Positions 1 through 8,814 of a DNA stretch of 23,374 bases are shown piece by piece (the first letter of the stretch is position 1; each line of letters starts with the position of its first letter). The translations under genes and the position numbers were made by a program. Below the pieces are notes generated by a model that saw only the letters and a list, made by a program, of their open reading frames with translations, did not search any database and was not told the DNA's origin. The stretch comes from a virus. Taxonomy: Duplodnaviria; Heunggongvirae; Uroviricota; Caudoviricetes. The stretch is from IMG/VR virus record IMGVR_UViG_638341084_000029; one strand, given 5' to 3'.

Positions 1-516
1 GAGCAGGACCGTGATACGTTTGATCCGACGCATGATATTGACCTCTACTGCGATCAGGCCAGCGGTCTTGTGAATATTGCCATTATGGACGGTACTGTCT
101 GGCGTCTGCTGAATGGTTTTAAGCTGTTCCGCGAAAAACTGGATACCCGTCGCGGCTCAAATTCACAACTCGAAACGGCAGTGAAAGACCTGGGGGCGGT
201 GGTGTCTTTCAAAGGGTATTACGGCGATCTGGCCATTGTGGTGGCGAAAACGTCTTATGTGGCAGAGGACGGTACCGAAAAACGTTATCTGCCGGAGGGC
301 ACGCTGGTCCTGGGAAATACGGCTGCAGATGGGATCCGTTGTTACGGTGCCATTCAGGATGCGCAGGCGTTGTCCGAAGGTGTGGTGGCTTCTTCCCGTT
401 ACCCGAAACACTGGCTGACCGTGGGCGATCCGGCCCGTGAATTTACCATGACGCAGTCCGCACCGCTGATGGTGCTGCCGGATCCGGATGAGTTTGTGGT
501 GGTGCAGGTGAAATAA
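1..516 (+). CDS. E: major capsid protein (lambda gpE-like), C-terminal part; 5' end outside window
   Basis: Frame 1 is open from base 1 to TAA at 514-516. Assignment rests mainly on position directly upstream of the FI-FII-Z-U-V block; product ends ..VLPDPDEFVVVQVK. Confidence 0.8.
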   Translation, partial: EQDRDTFDPTHDIDLYCDQASGLVNIAIMDGTVWRLLNGFKLFREKLDTRRGSNSQLETAVKDLGAVVSFKGYYGDLAIVVAKTSYVAEDGTEKRYLPEGTLVLGNTAADGIRCYGAIQDAQALSEGVVASSRYPKHWLTVGDPAREFTMTQSAPLMVLPDPDEFVVVQVK

Positions 517-523
517 TCCGTGA

Positions 524-553
524 GCGGGGGCGAAATGCCCCCGTGTCTTTTTT
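524..553 (+). terminator. GC-rich hairpin plus T6 tract between E and FI (possible partial intrinsic terminator or attenuator)
   Basis: GCGGGGGC (524-531), loop GAAAT, GCCCCCG (537-543), then T-run 548-553. Confidence 0.4.
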
Positions 554-567
554 CACAGGGGGCTGAT

Positions 568-951
568 ATGGCAACAAAAGAAGAAAATCAGAAACGTCTT
601 CGTCAACTGGCTGGCCTGCTGGGGCGCGAGGCGGATATGTCGGGGAGTGCTGCGGATATTGCGCAACGTGTGTCTGAGTGGGAAGAGGAGCTTGCTGCTT
701 CCCGGGAGGGCATTATGCCTGGTGATGAGAGCGGGCCTGAGCAAAATCACACAGACGATGGTGAGCAGTTGCACAACACTGATGCTACGGATGATGTTAA
801 AGCGGTCCGTGTGCGGNAATGCCTGCATGTGATGGGGTATTGCCCGGAGACAGGCCGTCCCGTTGAACTGACGTACCGGGGCATGCGTGTTCTGGTGCCA
901 TCACCACTGGCGACAGCCATGATACAGCACGGAACGGCTGAGCATGCGTGA
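568..951 (+). CDS. FI: FI-like head assembly / DNA packaging accessory protein
   Basis: ATG at 568 preceded by a G-rich RBS. Acidic ~127-aa product in the FI position between E and FII; 3' end overlaps the FII start by 8 nt. Confidence 0.6.
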   Translation: MATKEENQKRLRQLAGLLGREADMSGSAADIAQRVSEWEEELAASREGIMPGDESGPEQNHTDDGEQLHNTDATDDVKAVRVRXCLHVMGYCPETGRPVELTYRGMRVLVPSPLATAMIQHGTAEHA

Positions 952-1297
952 TTTTCAGAATGCCTTTGATGCNGCCCTTGCCGGGGTGGACAGCACGATT
1001 GTTGAAGTGATGGGGCTCTGTGCGCAGTTCACCTCGGGGGCACAGTGTGGCAGCGAAGTTCAGGGGGTTTTTGACGATCCGGAGTCGCTGGGGTTTGCCG
1101 GTAGCGGGGTCCGTATTGAAGGAAGCTGCCCGTCATTATTTGTACGGACGGATACGGTTCGTGCTGTGCGGCGTGGTGACACGCTGACCATTAATGGTGA
1201 GACATTCTGGGTGGATCGTGTTTCTCCGGATGACGGGGGCAGTTGTTATCTCTGGCTCAACCGTGGGCAACCACCGGCAGTTAACCGGCGACGATAA
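944..1297 (+). CDS. FII: head-tail joining (head completion) protein FII
   Basis: 117-aa product, the same length as lambda FII, with recognisable motifs (GVFDDPE, SPSLFVRTD, RRGDTLTI, FWVDRVSPDDGGSC, PPAVNRRR). Contains one N at 973. Confidence 0.8.
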   Translation: MRDFQNAFDXALAGVDSTIVEVMGLCAQFTSGAQCGSEVQGVFDDPESLGFAGSGVRIEGSCPSLFVRTDTVRAVRRGDTLTINGETFWVDRVSPDDGGSCYLWLNRGQPPAVNRRR

Positions 1298-1311
1298 ACG
1301 CAGGGTGAATT

Positions 1312-1845
1312 ATGGCGATAAAAGGGCTTGATCAGGCGATTGAAAATCTGAGCCGGGTTCGTAAAAACGCCATTCCGGCGGCTTCAGCAATGGCCATTAA
1401 CCGCGTGGCCACAACGGCGATTAATCAGTCTTCGTCACAGGTTGCCCGGGAGACCAGGGTGAGCCGGAAACTGGTAAAGGAACGGTCCAGACTGAAACGG
1501 GCCACGGTCAGAAATCCGAATGCCAGAATTATCGTTAACCGCGGTGATCTCCCGGTGATTAAGCTGGGGATCAGGATGCCGGGGCGTCGTCCGGACAGCA
1601 TACTCAAAGCCGGTCAGCATCGTTATCAGCGGGCATTTATTCAGCGATTAAAAAATGGTCGCTGGCATGTCATGCAGCGTGTGGCCGGGAAAAACCGTTA
1701 CCCCATTGATGTGGTGAAAATCCCGATGGCGGCCCCACTGAAACAGGCGTTTGATGAAAACGTTGACCGTATCCGGCGTGAACGCCTGCCCGGAGAACTG
1801 GCATATGCGCTGAAACAACAACTGAGGATTGCGATAAAACGATGA
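1312..1845 (+). CDS. Z: tail completion protein Z
   Basis: 177-aa basic protein in the Z position. Its stop overlaps the U start (ATGA at 1842-1845), suggesting translational coupling. Confidence 0.75.
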   Translation: MAIKGLDQAIENLSRVRKNAIPAASAMAINRVATTAINQSSSQVARETRVSRKLVKERSRLKRATVRNPNARIIVNRGDLPVIKLGIRMPGRRPDSILKAGQHRYQRAFIQRLKNGRWHVMQRVAGKNRYPIDVVKIPMAAPLKQAFDENVDRIRRERLPGELAYALKQQLRIAIKR

Positions 1846-2237
1846 AACATACTGATATCCGTGCTGCAGTGCTGGATGCACTGGAGCTGCATGAACACGG
1901 GGCGACGCTGTTTGATGGTCGCCCCGTTGTTTTTGACGAAGAGGATTTTCCCGCGGTCGCGGTTTATCTGACGGATGCAGAGTATACCGGTGAAGAGCTG
2001 GATGCGGATACCTGGCGGGCCACACTGCATATTGAAGTTTTCCTGCCTGCTCAGGTGCCGGATTCAGAGCTGGATTCGTGGATGGAGTCCCGGATTTATC
2101 CGGCGATGTCCGCGATCCCTGCACTGGCAGGGATGATTACCACGATGGTTCAGCAGGGCTATGACTATCGTCGTGATGACGATATGGCGTTATGGAGCTC
2201 TGCAGATTTGACTTATTCCATTACATACGAGATGTGA
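1842..2237 (+). CDS. U: tail terminator protein U
   Basis: 131-aa product, lambda gpU length, starting [15 protein letters not shown] and ending [11 protein letters not shown]; lies directly upstream of V. Confidence 0.85.
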   Translation: MKHTDIRAAVLDALELHEHGATLFDGRPVVFDEEDFPAVAVYLTDAEYTGEELDADTWRATLHIEVFLPAQVPDSELDSWMESRIYPAMSAIPALAGMITTMVQQGYDYRRDDDMALWSSADLTYSITYEM

Positions 2238-2244
2238 GGACGAT

Positions 2245-2998
2245 ATGCCAACACCAAATCCCCTGGCGCCGGTAAAAGGTGCCGGTACCACTCTGTGGGT
2301 TTACACCGGCAAGGGTGATGCTTATGCAAACCCGTTGTCAGATGATGACTGGCAGCGACTGGCCTAAGGTGAAGGATCTGACGCCGGGCGAGATGACGGC
2401 AGAATCCTACGATGATAACTACCTGGATGATGAAGACGCGGACTGGAGCGCGACCGGGCAGGGGCAGAAGTCTGCAGGAGATACCAGTTTTACGCTGGCC
2501 TGGAAACCGGGAGAAGAAGGTCAGAAAGGGCTTATAGGCTGGTTTGAAAGCGGGGATGTGCGGGCCTATAAAATCCGTTTCCCGAACGGCACGGTGGATG
2601 TGTTCCGTGGCTGGGTCAGCAGTATCGGTAAGGCCGTAACGGCGAAGGAAGTGATCACCCGTACGGTGAAAGTGACCAACGTGGGTAAACCTTCCGTGGC
2701 GGAAGAACGCAGCGAAATTACGCCGGTCACTGCGATTAAGGTGACGCCGACATCTGGTACGGTGGCAAAAGGGAAAACAACAACCCTGACGGTTTCTTTT
2801 GAGCCGGAAAGTGCAACCGACAAAACGTTCAGAGCGGTTTCCGCCGATCCGTCAACGGGAACCATTGCTGTGAAAGATATGGCGATCACTGTGACGGGGG
2901 TTAAGGCTGGAAAAGTGAGTATCCCCGTGATTTCCGGTAATGGTCAGTTTGCCACGGTAGCTGAAGTCACCGTTACTGAAGCGGGCGCTGCAGGGTAA
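2245..2998 (+). pseudogene. V: major tail protein V with C-terminal Ig-like domain; frame broken by one extra base near codon 41 (real frameshift or assembly error)
   Basis: ATG at 2245 gives [40 protein letters not shown] then TAA at 2365-2367. The next frame continues (W)[18 protein letters not shown]... to 2998. Removing one base around 2363-2366 restores a single ~250-aa lambda V-like ORF. Confidence 0.75.
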
Positions 2999-3011
2999 AC
3001 GGAGGTAATAC

Positions 3012-3443
3012 ATGTTTCTGAAAACCGAACAATTTGAATATAACGGTGTGTCCGTCACGCTTTCCGAGCTGTCTGCGCTGCAGCGTATCGAGCATCTTGC
3101 CCTGCTGAAACGACGGGCAGAACAGGCTGAAGCCAGCGGTAACCTGCAGGTGAGCGTGGAAGACCTTGTCAGAACCGGCGCGTTTCTGGTGGCGATGTCC
3201 CTGTGGCATAACCATCCACAGAAAACGGAGTCACCATCAATGAATGAGGCTGTGATGCAGATCGAACAGGAGGTGCTCACCACCTGGCCTGCTGATGCCA
3301 TTGCCCGGGCGGAAGACGTGGTGTTGCGTCTGTCCGGGATGAGCGGGGCTGTTCATGTGGATACGGATATCACCGAAGTGGCGAAAAATAACGCGCTTAC
3401 TGATGATGATTTTTCTGCGGGAAAGTCTTCGACGGCGAGCTGA
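3012..3443 (+). CDS. G: tail assembly chaperone G
   Basis: 143-aa product beginning MFLKTEQFEYNGVSVTLSELSALQRIEHLALL, preceded by GGAGGT RBS; ends with the slippery heptamer just before its stop. Confidence 0.85.
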   Translation: MFLKTEQFEYNGVSVTLSELSALQRIEHLALLKRRAEQAEASGNLQVSVEDLVRTGAFLVAMSLWHNHPQKTESPSMNEAVMQIEQEVLTTWPADAIARAEDVVLRLSGMSGAVHVDTDITEVAKNNALTDDDFSAGKSSTAS

Positions 3444-3883
3444 ATTTTGCCCTCAGACTGGCGCGAGAGATGGGGAGGCCTGACTGGCGCGCCATGCTTG
3501 CCGGGATGACATCCACCGAATATGCCGACTGGCGACATTTTTACCGCACGCATTATTTTCACGATACCCAGCTGGATATGCATTTTTCCGGGCTGACGTA
3601 CGCTGTACTCAGCCTGTTTTTTTGCGATCCGGATATGCATCCCTCTGATTTCAGTCTGCTTGTCCCCCGGCATGAGGAAGAGCAGGTGGAGAGGCCGGAT
3701 GAGGACAAAATGCTGATGCAGAAAGCGGCAGGACTTGCCGGAGGCGTCCGGTTCGGTGGGGACGGAGGGCGCGATATTTTATCGTCTGCGGATGTGGCGG
3801 ATGTCATGGTGGATGATGCCGCATTAATGATGGCTTCAGCGGGGATTTCCGGAGGTGTGAGATATGTCCCAGCCGGTTGGTGA
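3012..3883 (+). CDS. GT: G-T fusion tail assembly chaperone made by programmed -1 ribosomal frameshift
   Basis: Slippery heptamer G GGA AAG at 3419-3425 lies 5 codons before the G stop. The -1 frame is open from there to TGA at 3881-3883 (..GRPDWRAMLAGMTSTEYADWRHFY..), the arrangement known for lambda G/GT. Confidence 0.8.
3419..3425 (+). promoter_or_regulatory. -1 programmed frameshift slippery site GGGAAAG (G/GT)
   Basis: Exact heptamer in the G frame as G GGA AAG, identical to the lambda G-T slip site. Confidence 0.75.
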
Positions 3884-6443
3884 TCTTGTTATTGACCTTA
3901 GTCTGGATGCGGTCCGTTTCGATGAGCAGATGAGCCGGGTAAGGCGTCATTTTTCAGGNCTGGATACNGACGCCAGAAAAACCGCCAGTGCTGTTGAACA
4001 GGGCCTGAGCCGCCAGGCGCTGGCTGCACAAAAAGCCGGGATTTCCGTCGGGCAGTATAAAGCGGCCATGCGAACCCTGCCCGCACAGTTTACGGATATC
4101 GCCACGCAGCTTGCCGGTGGTCAGAATCCCTGGCNGATCCTGCTGCAACAGGGCGGTCAGGTGAAGGACTCCTTCGGCGGGATGATCCCCATGNTCAGGG
4201 GGCTTGCCGGTGCGATCACCCTGCCGATGGTCGGGGTCACCTCGCTGGCGGTGGCGACAGGTGCGCTGGCGTACGCCTGGTACCAGGGGGATTCCACGCT
4301 TTCAGCGTTTAATAAAACCCTGGTTCTTTCCGGTAATCAGTCCGGACTGACTGCCGATCGCATGCTGACGCTCTCCAGAGCCGGACAGGCCGCGGGGCTG
4401 ACGTTTAACCAGGCGAGAGAGTCACTGGCAGCCATGGTGAATGCCGGTGTGCGTGGTGGTGAACAGTTTGATGCCATCAACCAGAGTGTCGCGCGTTTTG
4501 CTTCTGCATCCGACGTGGAGGTGGACAAGGTTGCAGAGGCTTTCGGAAAACTGACCACCGACCCGACGTCGGGGCTGATGGCGATGGCGCGCCAGTTCCG
4601 TAACGTGACGGCAGAGCAGATTGCGTATGTTGCGCAGCTGCAGCGTTCCGGTGATGAGGCCGGGGCCTTACAGGCGGCGAACGATATCGCCACGAAAGGC
4701 TTTGATGAGCAGACCCGTCGCCTGAAAGAAAACATGGGGACACTGGAGACCTGGGCGGATAAAACCGGGAAGGCGTTCAAATCGATGTGGGATGCCATCC
4801 TGGATATCGGTCGTCCGGAATCCTCAGCGGATATGCTCGCCAGTGCGCAGAAGGCATTTGATGAGGCGGATAAAAAATGGCAGTGGTACCAGAGCCGGAG
4901 CCAGCGCCGCGGTAAAACCTCCTCTTTCCGGGCCAACCTTCAGGGCGCATGGGATGACCGGGAAAATGCCCGTCTGGGTCTGGCAGCGGCAACGCTGCAG
5001 TCGGATATGGAAAAAGCCGGTGAACTGGCGGCAAGGGACAGGGCTGAGCGTGAGTCGTCACAGCTGAAGTATACCGGAGAGGCGCAGAAGGCGTATGAGC
5101 GCCTGCTGACGCCACTGGAGAAATATACCGCCCGTCAGGAAGAACTGAATAAGGCCCTGAAAGACGGGAAAATCCTGCAGGCGGATTACAACACGCTGAT
5201 GGCGGCGGCGAAAAAGGATTATGAATCGACGCTGAAAAAGCCGAAGTCGTCAGGAGTCAAAGTGTCAGCCGGTGAGCGTCAGGAAGACCAGGCGCATGCT
5301 GCCCTGCTGGCGCTTGAAACCGAGCTCCGGACGCTGGAAAAACACAGCGGTGCGAATGAGAAAATCAGCCAGCAGCGTCGCGATTTATGGAAAGCGGAAA
5401 ATCAGTATGCGGTCCTGAAAGAGGCAGCCACGAAACGGCAGTTATCTGAGCAGGAAAAATCCCTGCTGACCCATGAGAAAGAGACGCTGGAGTACAAACG
5501 CCAGCTGGCTGAGCTGGGAGACAAAGTTGAACACCAGAAACGGCTGAATGAGCTGGCACAGCAGGCTGCGCGGTTTGAGCAGCAGCAGGGCGCGAAGCAG
5601 GCGGCAATCAGTGCCCAGGCGCGGGGCCTCACCGACCGTCAGGCGCAGCGGGAGTCGGAAGAGCAGCACCTTCGTGACGTGTACGGTGATAATCCGGATG
5701 CGCTGGCGAAGGCCACATCTGCACTGAAGAACACCTGGTCTGCGGAGGAGCAGCTTCGTGGAAGCTGGATGGCCGGTCTGAAGTCCGGCTGGGGCGAGTG
5801 GGCAGAAAGTGCGACGGACAGTTTTTCGCAGGTTAAAAGCGTGGCCACGCAGACCTTTGACGGTATTGCACAGAATATGGCAGCGATGCTGACCGGCAGT
5901 GAGCAGAACTGGCGCAGCTTCACCCGTTCCGTGCTGTCCATGATGACAGAAATTCTGCTTAAGCAGGCAATGGTGGGGATTGTCGGGAGTATCGGTAGCG
6001 CCATTGGCGGGGCTGTTGGTGGCGGCGCATCCGCATCAGGCGGTACAGCCATTCAGGCAGCTGCGGCGAAATTCCATTTTGCGACCGGAGGATTTACGGG
6101 AACCGGCGGCAAATATGAGCCAGCGGGGATTGTTCACCGTGGTGAGTTTGTCTTCACGAAGGAGGCAACCAGCCGGATTGGCGTGGGGAATCTTTACCGG
6201 CTTATGCGCGGCTATGCCACCGGCGGTTATGTCGGTACACCGGGCAGTCTGGCGGACAGCCGGTCGCAGGCGTCCGGGAAGTTTGAGCAGAATAACCATG
6301 TGGTGATTAACAACGACGGCACGAACGGGCAGATTGGACCACAGGCGCTGAAGGCTGTGTATGACATGGCCCGCAAGGGTGCCCGTGATGAAATTCAGGC
6401 ACAGATGCGTGATGGTGGCTTGTTCTCCGGAGGTGGACGATGA
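3864..6443 (+). CDS. H: tail tape measure protein H
   Basis: 859-aa ORF with near-identity to lambda gpH along its length ([15 protein letters not shown].., ..GGLFSGGGR). Starts 20 nt inside the T frame. Contains four N bases. Confidence 0.95.
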   Translation: MSQPVGDLVIDLSLDAVRFDEQMSRVRRHFSXLDXDARKTASAVEQGLSRQALAAQKAGISVGQYKAAMRTLPAQFTDIATQLAGGQNPWXILLQQGGQVKDSFGGMIPMXRGLAGAITLPMVGVTSLAVATGALAYAWYQGDSTLSAFNKTLVLSGNQSGLTADRMLTLSRAGQAAGLTFNQARESLAAMVNAGVRGGEQFDAINQSVARFASASDVEVDKVAEAFGKLTTDPTSGLMAMARQFRNVTAEQIAYVAQLQRSGDEAGALQAANDIATKGFDEQTRRLKENMGTLETWADKTGKAFKSMWDAILDIGRPESSADMLASAQKAFDEADKKWQWYQSRSQRRGKTSSFRANLQGAWDDRENARLGLAAATLQSDMEKAGELAARDRAERESSQLKYTGEAQKAYERLLTPLEKYTARQEELNKALKDGKILQADYNTLMAAAKKDYESTLKKPKSSGVKVSAGERQEDQAHAALLALETELRTLEKHSGANEKISQQRRDLWKAENQYAVLKEAATKRQLSEQEKSLLTHEKETLEYKRQLAELGDKVEHQKRLNELAQQAARFEQQQGAKQAAISAQARGLTDRQAQRESEEQHLRDVYGDNPDALAKATSALKNTWSAEEQLRGSWMAGLKSGWGEWAESATDSFSQVKSVATQTFDGIAQNMAAMLTGSEQNWRSFTRSVLSMMTEILLKQAMVGIVGSIGSAIGGAVGGGASASGGTAIQAAAAKFHFATGGFTGTGGKYEPAGIVHRGEFVFTKEATSRIGVGNLYRLMRGYATGGYVGTPGSLADSRSQASGKFEQNNHVVINNDGTNGQIGPQALKAVYDMARKGARDEIQAQMRDGGLFSGGGR

Positions 6444-6769
6444 AAACCTTCCGCTGGAAAGTGAAACCCGGGATGGATGTGACATCGGCTCCTTCCGTCA
6501 GGGAGGTGCGCTTTGGTGATGGCTATTCCCAGCGTGCGCCTGCCGGGCTGAATGCTGACCTGAAAACGTACAGCGTGACGCTTTCTGTCTCCCGCGAGGA
6601 GGCCAGGGCGCTGGAGTCGTTTCTGGCTGAGCACGGGGGCTGGAAAGCCTTTCTGTGGACGCCGCCTTATGGCTGGCGGCAGATCAGGGTGACCTGCGCA
6701 AAATGGACATCGCGGGTCAGTATGTTACGTGTTGAGTTCAGCGCAGAGTTTGAACAGGTGGTGAACTGA
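6440..6769 (+). CDS. M: minor tail protein M
   Basis: 109-aa product ([14 protein letters not shown].., ..EFSAEFEQVVN); ATGA overlap with the H stop. Confidence 0.9.
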   Translation: MKTFRWKVKPGMDVTSAPSVREVRFGDGYSQRAPAGLNADLKTYSVTLSVSREEARALESFLAEHGGWKAFLWTPPYGWRQIRVTCAKWTSRVSMLRVEFSAEFEQVVN

Positions 6770-7467
6770 TGCAGGATATCCGGCAGGAAACACTGAATGA
6801 ATGCACCCGTGCGGAGCAGTCGGCCAGCGTGGTGCTCTGGGAAATCGACCTGACAGAGGTCGGTGGAGAACGTTATTTTTTCTGTAATGAGCAGAACGAA
6901 AAAGGTGAGCCGGTCACCTGGCAGGGGCGACAGTATCAGCCGTATCCCATTCAGGGGAGTGGTTTTGAACTGAATGGCAAAGGCACCAGTACGCGCCCCA
7001 CGCTGACGGTTTCTAACCTGTACGGTATGGTCACCGGCATGGCGGAAGATATGCAGAGTCTGGTCGGCGGAACGGTGGTCAGGCGTAAGGTTTACGCCCG
7101 TTTTCTGGATGCGGTGAATTTCGTCAACGGAAACAGCGACGCCGATCCGGAGCAGGAGGTGATCAGCCGCTGGCGCATCGAGCAGTGCAGCGAACTGAGC
7201 GCGGTCAGTGCCTCCTTTGTACTGTCCACGCCGACGGAAACGGACGGCGCTGTTTTTCCGGGACGTATCATGCTGGCCAACACCTGCACCTGGACCTATC
7301 GCGGCGATGAGTGCGGTTATCACGGTCCGGCGGTCGCGGATGAATATGACCAGCCAACGTCCGATATCACGAAGGATAAATGCAGCAAATGCCTGAGCGG
7401 TTGTAAGTTTCGCAATAACGTCGGCAACTTTGGCGGCTTCCTTTCCATTAACAAACTTTCGCAGTAA
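6769..7467 (+). CDS. L: minor tail protein L
   Basis: 232-aa product; TGATG overlap with M; Cys-rich C-terminal region (CTWTYRGDECGY..CSKCLSGCKF). Confidence 0.9.
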   Translation: MQDIRQETLNECTRAEQSASVVLWEIDLTEVGGERYFFCNEQNEKGEPVTWQGRQYQPYPIQGSGFELNGKGTSTRPTLTVSNLYGMVTGMAEDMQSLVGGTVVRRKVYARFLDAVNFVNGNSDADPEQEVISRWRIEQCSELSAVSASFVLSTPTETDGAVFPGRIMLANTCTWTYRGDECGYHGPAVADEYDQPTSDITKDKCSKCLSGCKFRNNVGNFGGFLSINKLSQ

Positions 7468-7471
7468 TCCC

Positions 7472-8215
7472 ATGACAGAGACAGAATCAGCGATTCTGGC
7501 GCACGCCCGGCGATGTGCGCCAGCGGAGTCGTGCGGCTTCGTGGTGAGAACGCCGGAGGGGGAAAGCTATTTTCCCTGCGTGAATATTTCCGGTGAGCCG
7601 GAGGATTATTTCCGGATGGCTCCGGAGGACTGGCTGCAGGCAGAAATGCAGGGTGAGATTGTGGCGCTGGTCCACAGCCACCCCAGTGGTCTGCCCTGGC
7701 TGAGTGAGGCTGACCGGCGGCTGCAGGTGCAGAGTGATTTGCCGTGGTGGCTGGTCTGCCGGGGGGCGATTCATAAGTTCCGCTGTGTGCCGCATCTCAC
7801 CGGGCGGCGCTTTGAGCACGGGGTGACGGACTGTTACGCGCTGTTCCGGGACGCTTATCATCTGGCGGGGACTGAACTGCCGGATTTTCACCGGGAGGAT
7901 GACTGGTGGCGTCACGGTCAGAATCTCTATCTTGACAATATGGAGGCGACGGGTTTTTACCGTGTCGCACTGACAGAGGCGCAGCCTGGCGATGTGCTGC
8001 TGTGCTGTTTTGGTTCATCGGTGCCGAATCATGCCGCCATTTACTGTGGTGACGGCGAGCTGCTGCACCATATTCCTGAACAACTGAGCAAACGAGAGAG
8101 GTATACCGACAAATGGCAGCGACGCACACACTCCCTCTGGCGTCACCGGGCATGGCGCGCATCTGCCTTTACGGGGATTTGCAACGATTTGGCCGCCGCA
8201 TCGACCTTCGTGTGA
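7472..8215 (+). CDS. K: tail tip assembly protein K (JAMM/MPN plus NlpC/P60 domains)
   Basis: ATG at 7472 in frame with the longer listed ORF. JAMM-type motif HSHPSGLPWLSEAD at about 7673-7714, followed by an NlpC/P60-like Cys/His region (GVTDCY.., NHAAIY). Confidence 0.85.
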   Translation: MTETESAILAHARRCAPAESCGFVVRTPEGESYFPCVNISGEPEDYFRMAPEDWLQAEMQGEIVALVHSHPSGLPWLSEADRRLQVQSDLPWWLVCRGAIHKFRCVPHLTGRRFEHGVTDCYALFRDAYHLAGTELPDFHREDDWWRHGQNLYLDNMEATGFYRVALTEAQPGDVLLCCFGSSVPNHAAIYCGDGELLHHIPEQLSKRERYTDKWQRRTHSLWRHRAWRASAFTGICNDLAAASTFV

Positions 8216-8754
8216 AAACGGGGGCTGAAGCCATCCGCGCACTGGCCACACAGCTCCCGGTGTTTCGTCAGAAACTGAGCGACGGCTGGTATCAGGTACG
8301 GATTGCCGGGCGTGATGCAGGCGAAACCGAATTATCATCCCGTCTTAATGAGCCGCTGGCAAATGGTGCAGTGATCCACATCGTGCCGCGTCTTGCGGGA
8401 GCAAAAAGTGGCGGTGTGTTTCAGGCGGTGCTGGGTGCGGCGTTGATTGCTACGGCAATCTGGATGCCGGGGATCAGTATCGCTTTCAGTGACATTCTCT
8501 TTTCAATGGGTGCGGCGATGACGCTTGGCGGTGTTGCACAGATGCTGGCACCGAAAGCGAGTACCGCAACAACGACCAGCACGGATAACGGTAAGCAGAA
8601 CACGTATTTCTCATCACTGGATAACATGGTTGCCCAGGGCAATGTTCTGCCTGTTCTGTACGGTGAAATGCGTGTGGGGTCACGGGTAATTTCGCAGGAA
8701 ATCAGCACGGCAGACGAAGGGGATGGTGGTGAAATCGTGGTGATTGGTCGCTGA
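8113..8754 (+). CDS. I: tail tip assembly protein I
   Basis: 213-aa product starting MAATHTLPLASPGMARICLYGDLQRFGRRIDLRVKTGAEAIRALATQLP, ending ..STADEGDGGEIVVIGR; overlaps the 3' end of K by 103 nt. Confidence 0.85.
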   Translation: MAATHTLPLASPGMARICLYGDLQRFGRRIDLRVKTGAEAIRALATQLPVFRQKLSDGWYQVRIAGRDAGETELSSRLNEPLANGAVIHIVPRLAGAKSGGVFQAVLGAALIATAIWMPGISIAFSDILFSMGAAMTLGGVAQMLAPKASTATTTSTDNGKQNTYFSSLDNMVAQGNVLPVLYGEMRVGSRVISQEISTADEGDGGEIVVIGR

Positions 8755-8772
8755 TGCAGAATGTTTTATGTG

Positions 8773-8795
8773 AAACCGCCTCCGGGCGGTTTTGT
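8773..8795 (+). terminator. short hairpin with T-tract between I and J (weak terminator or attenuator candidate)
   Basis: AAACCGCC (8773-8780), loop TCCG, GGCGGTTT (8785-8792), then TG..TTT; 20 nt upstream of the J RBS. Confidence 0.3.
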
Positions 8796-8814
8796 CGTTT
8801 ATGGAGCGTGAGGA

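Noticed and set aside
4337-6485. Several minus-strand ORFs of 75-199 codons (4337-4936, 4777-5115, 5639-6052, 6036-6485 and others)
   Set aside because: All sit antisense or out of frame within the well-supported tape measure gene H; no independent evidence.
6667-7473. 268-codon minus-strand ORF
   Set aside because: Antisense to L, which has clear homology and translational coupling to M and K.
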